Source: an uncultured bacterium | GTDB lineage: Bacteria > Abyssobacteria > SURF-5 | Reading direction: 5' to 3' | DNA length: 64,000 nt | Assembly (NCBI GenBank): GCA_964607485.1 | Contig: CAZSKP010000001.1 | Span: 96,001-160,000, forward strand | In this document: positions 29,273 to 39,512 of the stretch, piece after piece | How positions within the stretch are numbered: the first letter of the stretch is position 1 | How the letters are laid out: the number at the start of each line of letters is the position of its first letter | Translations under genes and position numbers: made by a program | The notes under the pieces: generated by a model | Database searches by the model: none | What the model was told of the DNA's origin: nothing | What the model saw: the letters and a program-made list of their open reading frames with translations, nothing else

Positions 29273-29349
29273 TTCGGGAAAGGTATTCCGTACCTCCTAA
29301 AATAACAACAAACGGGAGTCCCGCGTGCCAGTCGGAATCCTTTCCCGAA
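29273..29349 (+). ncRNA. Candidate structured non-coding element, copy 1
   Basis: Closing stem TTCGGGAAAGG/CCTTTCCCGAA, ACCTCCT motif, 19-nt core identical to 46148-46166, followed by a T-run. Confidence 0.55.
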
Positions 29350-29403
29350 TTTTTTGTTTTTTGTCAGGGAGTGGCAAAGGAAGAAGAGAGATAGGGACAA
29401 GCG

Positions 29404-29432
29404 GCGGCCCGAGATGCGGGCCGCTCTTTTTT
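29404..29432 (+). terminator. Intrinsic terminator
   Basis: GCGGCCCG-AGATG-CGGGCCGC followed by TCTTTTTT. Confidence 0.7.
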
Positions 29433-29952
29433 ATTTCAAGCGCGACGTCTCGAGGTAGCGCCGGGGCAGCGTCTGGTAGAGCTCGGTCGCGAACGTCCAC
29501 AGTTGCTCCTGCTCGGGAGTCACGTCGCCCACGATTTTTCCCGGAACCCCCATCACGATCTTCTTGGCCGGCACCTGCATCCTCGGAGGCACGACACAGC
29601 CGCTGCCGATGATGCAGCCGTCTCCGATGTCGGCGAAATCCTGTATGACCGCGTTCATGCCCACGAGCACGTGCTCGTGTAATATGACACCGTGCAGCAC
29701 CGAGCCGTGGCCGACGTGACTGTTCGGGCCCAGTCGCACGGTGAAATCGGGCCGGGCGTGGATGATGCAGTTGTCCTGCACGTTCGAGCCGTCGCCCACC
29801 TCGATGTCGCACCAGTCGGCCCTCAGCCGCGCGCCGGGTCCGATAAAGCAGTTTTTCCCGATCTTCACTCCTCCGATGAGCGTGGCCTCCGGATGAACAA
29901 ACGAACCGTCGCCAACGTCCGGCGTCTTTCCCTCGAATTCGTATATGGGCAT
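29431..29952 (-). CDS. Gamma carbonic anhydrase family protein
   Basis: Hexapeptide repeats, LRAD, SNVQDNCIIH, VGHGSVLHG. Confidence 0.92.
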   Translation of the reverse strand: MPIYEFEGKTPDVGDGSFVHPEATLIGGVKIGKNCFIGPGARLRADWCDIEVGDGSNVQDNCIIHARPDFTVRLGPNSHVGHGSVLHGVILHEHVLVGMNAVIQDFADIGDGCIIGSGCVVPPRMQVPAKKIVMGVPGKIVGDVTPEQEQLWTFATELYQTLPRRYLETSRLK

Positions 29953-29979
29953 GGACTTTTCCTTTCGATGAAAAGGGCG

Positions 29980-30165
29980 CAGGTCTAGAGGGCGTGTTGC
30001 CAAAACCATTAGGGGTCATTGCGAGGGAGGGTCAAAAACCCGACCGAAGCAATCTCGGAGACGTTCTCTCCACATTATCGGGATTGCTTCGTCGCCTTGC
30101 TCCTCGCAATGACGAGTCAGATAACAATGTGAGAAGCCATTTGGGCAACACGCCTTCTAGACCTG
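29980..30165. mobile_element. MITE-like element with terminal inverted repeats and an internal REP/RPE-like palindrome
   Basis: CAGGTCTAGAGGGCGTGTTGCC at left, GGCAACACGCCTTCTAGACCTG at right; inner GTCATTGCGAGG..GAAGCAATC..GATTGCTTC..CCTCGCAATGAC (30015-30113). Confidence 0.7.
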
Positions 30166-30183
30166 ACCCCCTCGCCGCTCGCG

Positions 30184-30891
30184 TTACGTCAGCTTGTACT
30201 CCTCGCCCGGGCTGAGGGTGACGACCTTTACGTCGGGCGCTTTCTCTTTCGCCAGCTTCACGAAGCCGCCCGCGTCGGGCTCCAGTATGGGGAACGTCTG
30301 ATAGTGCATCGGAATGACGGCCTTGGGCTTGAGCAGCGTGAGCGCGTGCGCCGCCTGGTACGGGTCCATCGTGAAACAGCTCCCGACAGGCAAGAGCGCG
30401 AGGTCGAGCTTGTACATCTCGCCCAGCGTCGCCATCGTGCCAAAGATGCCCGTGTCGCCCGCGTGATAAATCCTCTTGCCGTTCTCCAGCGTGACGATGA
30501 AGCCGGACGGGTTGCCCGTCGCCGACGAGTGGAACGCCTGCGTCATCGTCACCTTGATGCCGTCGAGTGTGGCCGTGCCGCCGATGTTCATCCCGAAGCC
30601 GCCGTTGACGACCTGCTCCGGCGGGATGCCCATCTCGCCCTGCAGCTTGGCCATCGTTTCGACGAGCCCGACGAGCGTCGCCTTCGTGCTCTGCGCTATC
30701 TCGACCGCCTGGCCCATGTGGTCGAAATGGTCGTGCGTGATGAGGATGTAGTCGATGTCCTTGACATCCGAGAGCGGCGTGACGCACGAGGGGTTGCCCT
30801 CGAACCATGGATCGATGAGTATCTTCTTTCCGTTCGCGCTCGTTATCTCGAAATTGGCGTGTCCGTGCCACTTCACGATTACGTCGCCCAT
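30184..30891 (-). CDS. MBL-fold metal-dependent hydrolase (UPF0173-like)
   Basis: WHGHA, IDPW, THDHFDH, AFHSS, YHAGDT, PMHY. Confidence 0.92.
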   Translation of the reverse strand: MGDVIVKWHGHANFEITSANGKKILIDPWFEGNPSCVTPLSDVKDIDYILITHDHFDHMGQAVEIAQSTKATLVGLVETMAKLQGEMGIPPEQVVNGGFGMNIGGTATLDGIKVTMTQAFHSSATGNPSGFIVTLENGKRIYHAGDTGIFGTMATLGEMYKLDLALLPVGSCFTMDPYQAAHALTLLKPKAVIPMHYQTFPILEPDAGGFVKLAKEKAPDVKVVTLSPGEEYKLT

Positions 30892-31031
30892 TTCAAACCT
30901 CCTGTGTTTTCAAACCGACGATTGTGCTTGGAACCATCTGAGGAGACAAAGCCGAGGACAGGCGCAATTATAACAGAGCGAGATGGTGAATTCAAAGCAG
31001 GGTTGCAGAACCACAGACTGGACGAGTTAAG

Positions 31032-32183
31032 TATACAACTAGCCTTCTTCCCAAACACTAACAGGATCTGGTAGAGTGCTTGGTTGGAACGAAGCGGAGG
31101 CGTAGCCGTAGCGGAGTTCCAACCGGCGCGTGAGCCAGGGGAAGGAGGAACAGATGACGGTAGCGGAGAAGAAGGTCGTTCGACAGCGGTTGAGCGTGCT
31201 CGAGCTTTCCGAGGCGCTCGGCAACGTCTCGGAGGCGTGCCGCAGGAGGGGAATCTCACGGACGCAGTTCTACGAGTACAAGCGTCGGTTTCAAACCCAC
31301 GGGATCGCGGGCCTGAAGGACCTGCCGCCGATCCACAAGACGCATCCGCAGACCACGCCGCCCGAGGTCGTGGAGCAGATACTTTCCCTCTCGCTTTCCA
31401 ATCCAATGTGGGGCTGTGTGCGCTTGAGCAATCAGCTCAGGCTCGTGGGTATCTCCGTCTCCAGTCCGACGATCCAGAACATTCTGATCAAGCACGAGAT
31501 GGGCTCGCGCTACCAGCGGCTTCTCAAGCTCGAAGAGAGCGCCGTGAAAGAGAAGAGCGAACTCACGCCCGAGCAGGTGAGGGCGATCGAGAAGGCCAAT
31601 CCCTGCTTTAAGGAGCGTCACGTGGAAAGCGCGCGTCCGGGCGAACTGTTGAGCCAGGACACGTTCTTTGTGGGTCAGCTGAAGGGCGTGGGCAAGGTAT
31701 ATCTGCAGGCCGTGGTCGAGACCTTCGGCAGCTATGCGTTCGGCTACCTGCATACGGGCAAGCTTCCCGAGCATGCGGCGGCGGTGCTTCACAACGACGT
31801 GCTCCCGCAGTACGAGCAGTGGGAGATCGAGGTGGGGGCCGTTCTGACTGACAACGGCCGGGAATACTGCGGCACGGAGCATCATCCGTACGAGCTCTAC
31901 CTTGCCCTGAATGACATCGAGCACAGGACGACGAAGGTGAAGCGGCCACAGACAAACGGGTTTGTTGAACGGTTCAACCGGACCGCGCTCGATGAGTTCT
32001 TCCGAAAGGCCTTCCGTGAGAAACTCTATGAGTCAGTGAAATCCTTGCAGAAAGACTTCGACAGGTGGCTGAAACACTACAACGAGGAGCGCTCCCGCCA
32101 GGGCTATCGCAACATGGGCAAGCGGTCTCTGGACACGATCAAGGAATACATCAACTCTGTACGGAAAGAAGGCTAGTCTTACA
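31032..32183 (+). mobile_element. IS481-family insertion sequence
   Basis: Imperfect terminal IRs (TATACAACTAGCCTTCTT vs reverse complement TGTAAGACTAGCCTTCTT); AGTTAAG directly repeated at 31025-31031 and 32184-32190. Confidence 0.88.
31154..32176 (+). CDS. IS481 family DDE transposase
   Basis: HTH NVSEACRRRGISRTQFY; QDT, TDNGREY, PQTNGFVERFN; RBS GGAGG before ATG 31154. Confidence 0.95.
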   Translation: MTVAEKKVVRQRLSVLELSEALGNVSEACRRRGISRTQFYEYKRRFQTHGIAGLKDLPPIHKTHPQTTPPEVVEQILSLSLSNPMWGCVRLSNQLRLVGISVSSPTIQNILIKHEMGSRYQRLLKLEESAVKEKSELTPEQVRAIEKANPCFKERHVESARPGELLSQDTFFVGQLKGVGKVYLQAVVETFGSYAFGYLHTGKLPEHAAAVLHNDVLPQYEQWEIEVGAVLTDNGREYCGTEHHPYELYLALNDIEHRTTKVKRPQTNGFVERFNRTALDEFFRKAFREKLYESVKSLQKDFDRWLKHYNEERSRQGYRNMGKRSLDTIKEYINSVRKEG

Positions 32184-32320
32184 AGTTAAGAAACTGGCCC
32201 GAATAGACTGGAAAGATTGACAATAACGATCTTGCGTGATATATTTTGCAGCAAAGTACATATTTTTGGAGTTCTTATCTTTCCGATAATGTTTGATGGA
32301 TTGCTTTCAGGAGATTGCAT

Positions 32321-32893
32321 ATGTCTTCGATAGATAACGAAAAGACTAACGCTCTTGAAGTAATATTGAAGGAATATGAGACCGTACGTCAAGAAGCCAT
32401 GGATGCAATTGGTAATAGAAATCAAGTTTTATCGTTTGGACTGGCAACTATTGGAATTATCTTCGCCGCGGCTATTAGTTCCAAGGACATCTTAGGGAAT
32501 ATTAGGTTCGTTCAAATCGTTTTTTGTGGAGTGATACCAGTGATCAGCCTCCTTGTCTCTGTGGTCTGGTTTGGCGAGGTCAACCGCATGAACCGTGCCA
32601 GTGTGTATATAAAGACTCAGATTGAACCGAGAATAGATTCGATATTTGAAAAGGGGGAATACAAGAGACTTCTGAATTGGGAAAACTGGCAACGAGAAAC
32701 CAAAACTCAATTAGCATATCCTTATATCGCTGCCACCTTATTGTTTATTCTGATAGCTGGCTCTTCGCCGGTGGCGGGCCTCATGGCAGCTAATGTCGGA
32801 ATTTGTAAGTATCCCCAGTATGTAGTGATTCCATGGTTAATCACTGGCCTCGTAGGTATCGGCATCATGCAACGCGCCCGCAAGTTTGGCTAG
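32321..32893 (+). CDS. Low-GC multi-TM hypothetical protein
   Basis: EYETVRQE helix then about four hydrophobic segments; AGGAG RBS; AT-rich. Confidence 0.7.
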   Translation: MSSIDNEKTNALEVILKEYETVRQEAMDAIGNRNQVLSFGLATIGIIFAAAISSKDILGNIRFVQIVFCGVIPVISLLVSVVWFGEVNRMNRASVYIKTQIEPRIDSIFEKGEYKRLLNWENWQRETKTQLAYPYIAATLLFILIAGSSPVAGLMAANVGICKYPQYVVIPWLITGLVGIGIMQRARKFG

Positions 32894-33151
32894 CATCCAA
32901 CATTCCTCCTTGCGATTTGTCTGAAACTGGAGCAATAGTGGAGTACTGTCTCGCAGATCACGGCGAGGCATCTTTACACATCTTTTCGTCGAAGCTGCCG
33001 TGAATTCCATGTTTCAGCCCCATCTGCCTCAATCTGTGTTCATCCCTAGCCGGTTTCTGAATCTGTGCGACCCTTGCAATCCGTGGTTTCAAGAATGCCG
33101 TATGATTTGTGTAATTCGTGTGATCCGTGGTCTGAGGGAGGCTCTGTCAGA

Positions 33152-33769
33152 CTAGTGTTTGCGGACGATGTCTTTGACTTTCATCAGGCGGGTGAGGTTG
33201 CCGCGTTCGAGTTCGCTCAGCTTGGTGCTGATGTACCGTATGGTTTCCTCGAGGCTGGGAATCAGAATGTGCTCGAGCGCGTTCACGCGGCGGCGGGTAC
33301 GCTCGAGCTCGCCCGCGAGCATCCACACGTGTTTTTCCAACTGGGCCATGAGCACCATGCGCGGGATCAAAAGCGTGAGGATTTTCAGCGACCTGTCCAG
33401 GTCGCCGTCGGTGTCGAGGTATCCGTAGGCAAACTCGCCCGTCACACGGCTGTCGAAGTAGGGCACGCGCAGGTTCATGATGGGGCCGATCCTGCTTGTC
33501 AGCTCGACCTTCTTTTCCGAGAACGTCAACGCCTCTTCCATCTCCGGCTGAAACGAATCGAGCCGCGCCGAAAAGAACGAGCGGAAAGCGACGGCTAATT
33601 CTTCTTCCACAAGCTCGCGCGACTTTCTGGCTTCCTGCACGAGCGCCATGAACTGGCGCATCAACTCCTCCTGCTTATCCTTGAGCAGCTTGTGACCGCG
33701 CCGGGCCAGTTGCAGCCTGCGCCGCAGCTTGAGCAGCTCCATGCGGTTGGGGTTGACTCGGAGGATCAT
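33152..33769 (-). CDS. ntpD: V/A-type ATP synthase subunit D
   Basis: NPNRMELL, RGHKLLKDK, TRRRVNALEH. Confidence 0.96.
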   Translation of the reverse strand: MILRVNPNRMELLKLRRRLQLARRGHKLLKDKQEELMRQFMALVQEARKSRELVEEELAVAFRSFFSARLDSFQPEMEEALTFSEKKVELTSRIGPIMNLRVPYFDSRVTGEFAYGYLDTDGDLDRSLKILTLLIPRMVLMAQLEKHVWMLAGELERTRRRVNALEHILIPSLEETIRYISTKLSELERGNLTRLMKVKDIVRKH

Positions 33770-33777
33770 GCGCGCTT

Positions 33778-35196
33778 CTAACTCTCGGTTTTGCCGCCCT
33801 CGGATTCAGTCGCCTTTGCGGGGACTTCTTCGGGATAGTACTTGTCGATGTATTCCTGGCGGATTCGTTTCAGTTCGGTCTTCGGCAGGAGCGCGAGCAG
33901 CCGCCAGCCGAGCTCGATGGTTTCCTCGATCGTCCGGTTCTCGTCCTGACCCTGCCTGACAAACTTGTCCTCGAACACGTCGGCGAATTTGAAGAACGAC
34001 TTGTCTTCCTCGCTGAGCGCCGCCTCGCCCAGTATCACGGCCAGTTCCTGAACCTCGATGCCGCGGGCATAGGCGGCGAAGAGCTGATTAGACACGTCGG
34101 CGTGGTCCTCGCGCGTCTTCCCCTTGCCGATTCCCTTGTCCCGCAGCCGCGACAGCGAGGGCAGCACGTTGATAGGTGGGTAGATGCCCTTTCGGTGGAG
34201 CGAGCGGTCGAGGATTATCTGGCCCTCAGTGATGTATCCCGTGAGGTCGGGTATGGGATGCGTCTTATCGTCCTCTGGCATCGAGATGACGGGAATCTGC
34301 GTTATCGAGCCGGTGCTCGTCTTCAGTCGGCCTGCGCGTTCGTACACGGTCGAAAGGTCGGTGTAAAGGTAGCCGGGATACCCTCGCCGGCCGGGCACCT
34401 CCTTGCGCGCGGCCGAGATCTCACGCAGGGCTTCGCAGTAGTTGGTCATGTCGGTGAGGATAACGAGCACGTGCATGTTGAGGTCGAAGGCGAGATACTC
34501 GGCGGCGGTGAGCGCCATGCGCGGAGTGGCTATCCGCTCGATGGCCGGGTCGTCGGCGAGGTTGACAAACAGCACCGCGCGGTCTATTGCGCCCGTTCGT
34601 TTGAAGTCGGAGATGAAATAGTCGGCCTCCTCGAACGTGATTCCCATCGCGCCGAACACGACGGCGAACTGTTCGCCGGTGCCCCTGACTGTTGCCTGGC
34701 GCGCTATCTGCGCGGCAAGCTCCGGATGCGGCAGTCCGAATCCGGAAAAAATCGGCAGCTTCTGGCCGCGCACGAGCGTGTTGAGGCCGTCGATGGCCGA
34801 GATGCCTGTCTGTATGAATTCCGAAGGATACGCCCGCGCGTACGGGTTGATGGGGTTGCCGTTGATGTTCAGCCGCTTTTCGGGAATGACGGCGGGGCCG
34901 TCGTCTATCGGCCTGCCCATGCCGTCGAACACGCGGCCGAGCACGTCGGGCGAGACGCCCAGCTCGAGCCCGCGTCCGAGGAAGCGGACCTTGCAGTTGA
35001 CGACGTTCACGCCCGTCGCTCCCTCGAACAATTGGACGAGCGCCGTGTCGCCCGAGACCTCGAGCGTCTTGCCCCGGCGGATTTCGCCCCCGGGCAGCTC
35101 GAGCTCGACGAGCTCATCGTATTTCACGCCGGAGGTCTCGCCGACGAGAACCAGCGGACCGACGATTTCGCGGATTGTGCGGTATTCTTTGACCAT
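33778..35196 (-). CDS. ntpB: V/A-type ATP synthase subunit B
   Basis: [39 protein letters not shown]. Confidence 0.98.
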   Translation of the reverse strand: MVKEYRTIREIVGPLVLVGETSGVKYDELVELELPGGEIRRGKTLEVSGDTALVQLFEGATGVNVVNCKVRFLGRGLELGVSPDVLGRVFDGMGRPIDDGPAVIPEKRLNINGNPINPYARAYPSEFIQTGISAIDGLNTLVRGQKLPIFSGFGLPHPELAAQIARQATVRGTGEQFAVVFGAMGITFEEADYFISDFKRTGAIDRAVLFVNLADDPAIERIATPRMALTAAEYLAFDLNMHVLVILTDMTNYCEALREISAARKEVPGRRGYPGYLYTDLSTVYERAGRLKTSTGSITQIPVISMPEDDKTHPIPDLTGYITEGQIILDRSLHRKGIYPPINVLPSLSRLRDKGIGKGKTREDHADVSNQLFAAYARGIEVQELAVILGEAALSEEDKSFFKFADVFEDKFVRQGQDENRTIEETIELGWRLLALLPKTELKRIRQEYIDKYYPEEVPAKATESEGGKTES

Positions 35197-35198
35197 GC

Positions 35199-36977
35199 TC
35201 AGCCCTCTTCCTCGGCCTTCGTGGAAAGCGTTTTCACCTGCTCCTCGGCGCGCGCCCTGAGCTCGTCCAGTTTCCCAAGCTCCTGTTCACTCGTGTAACG
35301 CATGCGGCCGATCTCTTCTCTTGCGGGCAGCTTCCCGACTTCATCTATCGATACGCCCTGCTCCAGCGCCTCGGCCGCCGCGCGATGGAAGTGCATGATG
35401 ATTTTCAGCATTCTGTACTGCTTCGAAAACGAGGCGTAGCTGTCGATTTCGTGGAACGCGTTCTGGTGCAGAAAATCTTCGCGGATGGAGCGTGCAGTCT
35501 CGAGCACGAGCCGGTCGCTGGGCGACAGGGCATCGAGTCCGACGAGGCGTGCGATTTCCTTGAGCTCCGATTCCTTCTGCAGGAGCGCCATCGACTCCAA
35601 TCTCAGCGCGGTCCAGTCGGCCGCCACATCTTTTTCGAAGAACTCGCGCAGGTTGTCGTGATAGAGCGAATAGCTCGTGAGCCAGTTGATGGCCGGGAAG
35701 TGGCGCTCGTAGGCGAGTTTGTCCTCGAGGCTCCAGAACACCTTGACGACCTTGAGCGTGGCTTGGACGACGGGGTCGGAAAGGTCGCCGCCGGGAGGCG
35801 AGACGGCCCCGATGGCGCTGACAGCGCCGACGCGTTTGTCGGAGCCGAGGCACACGACTCTGCCGGCCCGCTCGTAATACTCGGCGATGCGGGTGGGCAG
35901 ATATGCGGGGTAGCCCTCTTCGCCGGGCATTTCTTCGAGCCGGCCCGACATCTCGCGCAGCGCCTCGGCCCAGCGCGAAGTCGAGTCGGCCATGATGGCG
36001 ACGCTGTAGCCCATGTCGCGGAAGTATTCGGCCATCGTGATGCCCGTGTACATCGAGGCCTCGCGAGCTGCGACGGGCATGTTCGAGGTGTTGGCCACAA
36101 GGATGGTGCGTTTCATCAGGGGCTCGCCGGAGCGGGGGTCCTTGAGTTCCGGGAATTCGAGTAGCACGTCGGTCATCTCGTTTCCGCGCTCTCCGCATCC
36201 GACGAAGACGATAATCTCGGCGTCGGCCCACTTGGCAAGCTGATGCTGAACGACGGTCTTCCCGGCTCCGAACGGTCCCGGCACGCAGGCCGTGCCGCCC
36301 TTGCCTATGGGGAACAGGGCGTCGATCACGCGCTGGCCCGTTATGAGCGGCACTATCGGCATGAGCTTTTCCTTGTAGGGCCGGAGCTTGCGCACGGGCC
36401 ATCTCTGCATCAGGGTGAGCTCGTGCGTTTTTTCTCCGTCGCGCAGTTCGGCCACGACGTCGGTGACGGTGAACTGCCCCGATTCGATGCGCGCGACCTC
36501 GCCCTTGATGCCGGGCGGAACCATTATGCGGTGCTCGACGAGAGTCGTCTCCTGGACGGTGCCGATGATGTCGCCTTCGATCACGTTGTCGCCGACCTTG
36601 ACGGTCGGACGGAAATCCCATTTCTTTTCACGGTCCAGGCCGGGGGCATAGATGCCGCGCGTGATCTGGTTGCCGGCGAGGTCCATAATCCTGTCGAGCG
36701 GACGCTGGACGCCGTCATAGATCGCCTCTATCATTCCCGGGCCGAGTTCGACGCTGAGCGGCTGGCCCGTCGTCTCGACCGGCTCGCCCGGGCCGAGCCC
36801 CTGCGTGTCCTCGTACACCTGGATGGACGCCTTGTCGCCGCGGAGCTCGATTATCTCGCCGACGAGATTCTTTTCGCTGACGCGGACGACGTCGTACATC
36901 TTCGCGTTGTACATGCCCTCGGCGACGACGAGCGGGCCCGAAACCTTTATTATCGTCCCCCTTGGTTCCTCGTTCAT
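35199..36977 (-). CDS. ntpA: V/A-type ATP synthase subunit A
   Basis: [29 protein letters not shown]. Confidence 0.98.
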   Translation of the reverse strand: MNEEPRGTIIKVSGPLVVAEGMYNAKMYDVVRVSEKNLVGEIIELRGDKASIQVYEDTQGLGPGEPVETTGQPLSVELGPGMIEAIYDGVQRPLDRIMDLAGNQITRGIYAPGLDREKKWDFRPTVKVGDNVIEGDIIGTVQETTLVEHRIMVPPGIKGEVARIESGQFTVTDVVAELRDGEKTHELTLMQRWPVRKLRPYKEKLMPIVPLITGQRVIDALFPIGKGGTACVPGPFGAGKTVVQHQLAKWADAEIIVFVGCGERGNEMTDVLLEFPELKDPRSGEPLMKRTILVANTSNMPVAAREASMYTGITMAEYFRDMGYSVAIMADSTSRWAEALREMSGRLEEMPGEEGYPAYLPTRIAEYYERAGRVVCLGSDKRVGAVSAIGAVSPPGGDLSDPVVQATLKVVKVFWSLEDKLAYERHFPAINWLTSYSLYHDNLREFFEKDVAADWTALRLESMALLQKESELKEIARLVGLDALSPSDRLVLETARSIREDFLHQNAFHEIDSYASFSKQYRMLKIIMHFHRAAAEALEQGVSIDEVGKLPAREEIGRMRYTSEQELGKLDELRARAEEQVKTLSTKAEEEG

Positions 36978-37032
36978 TCGGCTGTCTCCAATTTCCGGAC
37001 GGTTCTCGTTATCCTTAAACGGTTATGGATAA

Positions 37033-37341
37033 TCAGATAAATTCTGCGCCCATCGCCTTTCGGACGGAGTGGCGTATCATCCCGGTGGCAATTCCGCGGC
37101 TTCCCTTTACCGACGGTATGATTGCGAATGTAGGTGTCGATTCCTCGGCAAACCCGTCGATTCTCTCCCTCGCCCCTTCATACACGTCTTCGGTCACGAA
37201 AATTATTTTGAATTGCATCTGCGAAACTTCGGCCACGAGCCGGGGGAGGGACGCGTGTTCGTCCGCAAAGAACAAGTCGGCTCCGAACGCTTTGAACGGC
37301 CAGATGGTGTCCCGCTCGCCTATGAAAGCGATGTCAGACAT
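37033..37341 (-). CDS. V/A-type ATP synthase subunit F
   Basis: IAFIGERDT..F.AFG, IIFVTE, KAMGAE; operon position. Confidence 0.9.
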   Translation of the reverse strand: MSDIAFIGERDTIWPFKAFGADLFFADEHASLPRLVAEVSQMQFKIIFVTEDVYEGARERIDGFAEESTPTFAIIPSVKGSRGIATGMIRHSVRKAMGAEFI

Positions 37342-38335
37342 ACAGATACCTCAAACGTTCTTCTATTCCCGCACGCGCCATGCCGATGAGCTTGCACCTG
37401 ATGATTGTGCGAATGAGTTTGGCCTCGGCTTCCTTGCGCAGGAGATAATAAATCAGAGGAGCGATGCTGAAGAGCATCATTCGCATGTTTGAAAACTGGT
37501 GGAGGATGAAGTTGTCGGCGGCGATCTCCATCCGCCAGAACGACTTCTCCTCGGGCCACATCCTGAGCCCCTGGGAGACTATGTGATGTTCGTATTGAGT
37601 CTTTGCCAGATGGTCGAGAAAATGGCCCAACTGGGTGTCGAGATGCCGGAAGAAGAAATCCAGCGTGTAGCTGCCTCCGGGGATGAAGTATCGTTCGAAC
37701 ACTTCCCGCTCTTCCGCCAACTCGTTCACCCGGAAGAAAGTCTTTATGTTCGCCAGGTTGATGTACTCCCGAAAAAGTTTTATGACAATCCTGTTTCGAA
37801 GCTTCAGAGCGTTCTGCAGGAGGTAGGTCCACATCGAGCGGTCGCAGGTGTAGCTGATGGCGTACAGCGCGCCCGTCCTGTCGTGTTCCTCCAGGGCGTT
37901 GAGGGCGGTATCCCGTATGTGTTCGGGGACGAAGCGGTAGGCGCTCTCTCCGACCGCGGCGCTCAGTTTGTCGATGCCGTAGGTTCCGAGGTCCATTATG
38001 GAATCCTCGTACGGAAGGCCGGTCAGCTTGGATTTCAGCATGGCCTTCAGATTATGAAAATCGTAGCGTACGCGGAAGAGGCCGATCAGGGTCTTGTCGG
38101 GGCAGATCTTGCCGAGGAGGTCGTGCGTTTTCTGAAGTTCCCGAATCAAGCCCTTCTCCAGTTGGGCGGGGCCCTCCACACCGGCAAAGCTCTCGGCATA
38201 CGCGGTTTCGCCCAGGATGCGGAGTATTTCATCCGGCTCCGCCGCGAGCATCCTGGCGGCGAACGCCCGGTCGAGCAGCTTGGTGCTGAGCGCGTTTATT
38301 CGGGCGACCGCGTATGTGTAACGATAATCATCCAT
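37334..38335 (-). CDS. ntpC: V/A-type ATP synthase subunit C
   Basis: YAVARI, YDFHNLK..LK, ERLR.LYV. Confidence 0.9.
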   Translation of the reverse strand: MDDYRYTYAVARINALSTKLLDRAFAARMLAAEPDEILRILGETAYAESFAGVEGPAQLEKGLIRELQKTHDLLGKICPDKTLIGLFRVRYDFHNLKAMLKSKLTGLPYEDSIMDLGTYGIDKLSAAVGESAYRFVPEHIRDTALNALEEHDRTGALYAISYTCDRSMWTYLLQNALKLRNRIVIKLFREYINLANIKTFFRVNELAEEREVFERYFIPGGSYTLDFFFRHLDTQLGHFLDHLAKTQYEHHIVSQGLRMWPEEKSFWRMEIAADNFILHQFSNMRMMLFSIAPLIYYLLRKEAEAKLIRTIIRCKLIGMARAGIEERLRYLYV

Positions 38336-38936
38336 CCCGTTCGCCTTTGCCGAACAAGATATTGGCTATCAGCGTCTCCAACCTGTCGCGCTGGGAGGCC
38401 ACGAGGCTTTCCAGCGTGAGGTTGGTTTCCTTGTTGCCTTCCCGCAGGATGAATCCTCCCGAGAACTCTCCGCTCTCATCGCTCAAGCGCAGGCGTCCCT
38501 TCTGCGAGCCGAGCTCGTCGTTGAGGCTCTTGACGAATTCCGGTGTGAACAGGTTTCTGTGCTCCGAGGGAGGAATGATTTCCTCCGAGCCCGATTCCAC
38601 CGCGCTCAGGATGAGGGGTTTCAAGAACGCCCGATGTTCCTCGGGAGGAAGATTTCTGATTTTGTCTTCGGCCTTTGCGAATGCGTCCTCGATGAGTCTC
38701 TTCTTTTCCCTCAGCGCATCTTTTCGCTCGTCGAGTCCGGCCAGTACCCTTACTCGGTCCGCGTGTTCCTTCGCGCGCGCCTTTGCTTTCTGCATCATTT
38801 CGGAGCGGAGCTCATCCGCCTGCTTGCGGGCCTTTTCGCGGATGGCTTCGGCCTCGGAGCGAGCCAGCGACAGGAGCGAGTCGGCCTCCGATTGCGCATC
38901 CTCGCCGATTTTCTTGATGATGTCTTCTAACGCCAT
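38328..38936 (-). CDS. ntpE: V/A-type ATP synthase subunit E
   Basis: N-terminal coiled coil, GGFIL, ILF terminus. Confidence 0.9.
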   Translation of the reverse strand: MALEDIIKKIGEDAQSEADSLLSLARSEAEAIREKARKQADELRSEMMQKAKARAKEHADRVRVLAGLDERKDALREKKRLIEDAFAKAEDKIRNLPPEEHRAFLKPLILSAVESGSEEIIPPSEHRNLFTPEFVKSLNDELGSQKGRLRLSDESGEFSGGFILREGNKETNLTLESLVASQRDRLETLIANILFGKGERDG

Positions 38937-39014
38937 ATGCTAACGCGACCTCTTTTCCACGCTACGCCGTCGATGGAGGCTTCGGCGCGTCTTAGACTGC
39001 GCACGCAACAGGGA

Positions 39015-39512
<498 letters not shown>

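Noticed and set aside
29273-29349. Repeated element as a cobalamin, ZTP or c-di-GMP riboswitch, or 6S RNA
   Set aside because: Only short word similarities; the required helices and length are missing, and copy 1 is not upstream of any gene.
30960-32215. Gene interrupted by IS481
   Set aside because: Joining the flanks at AGTTAAG gives only short reading frames.
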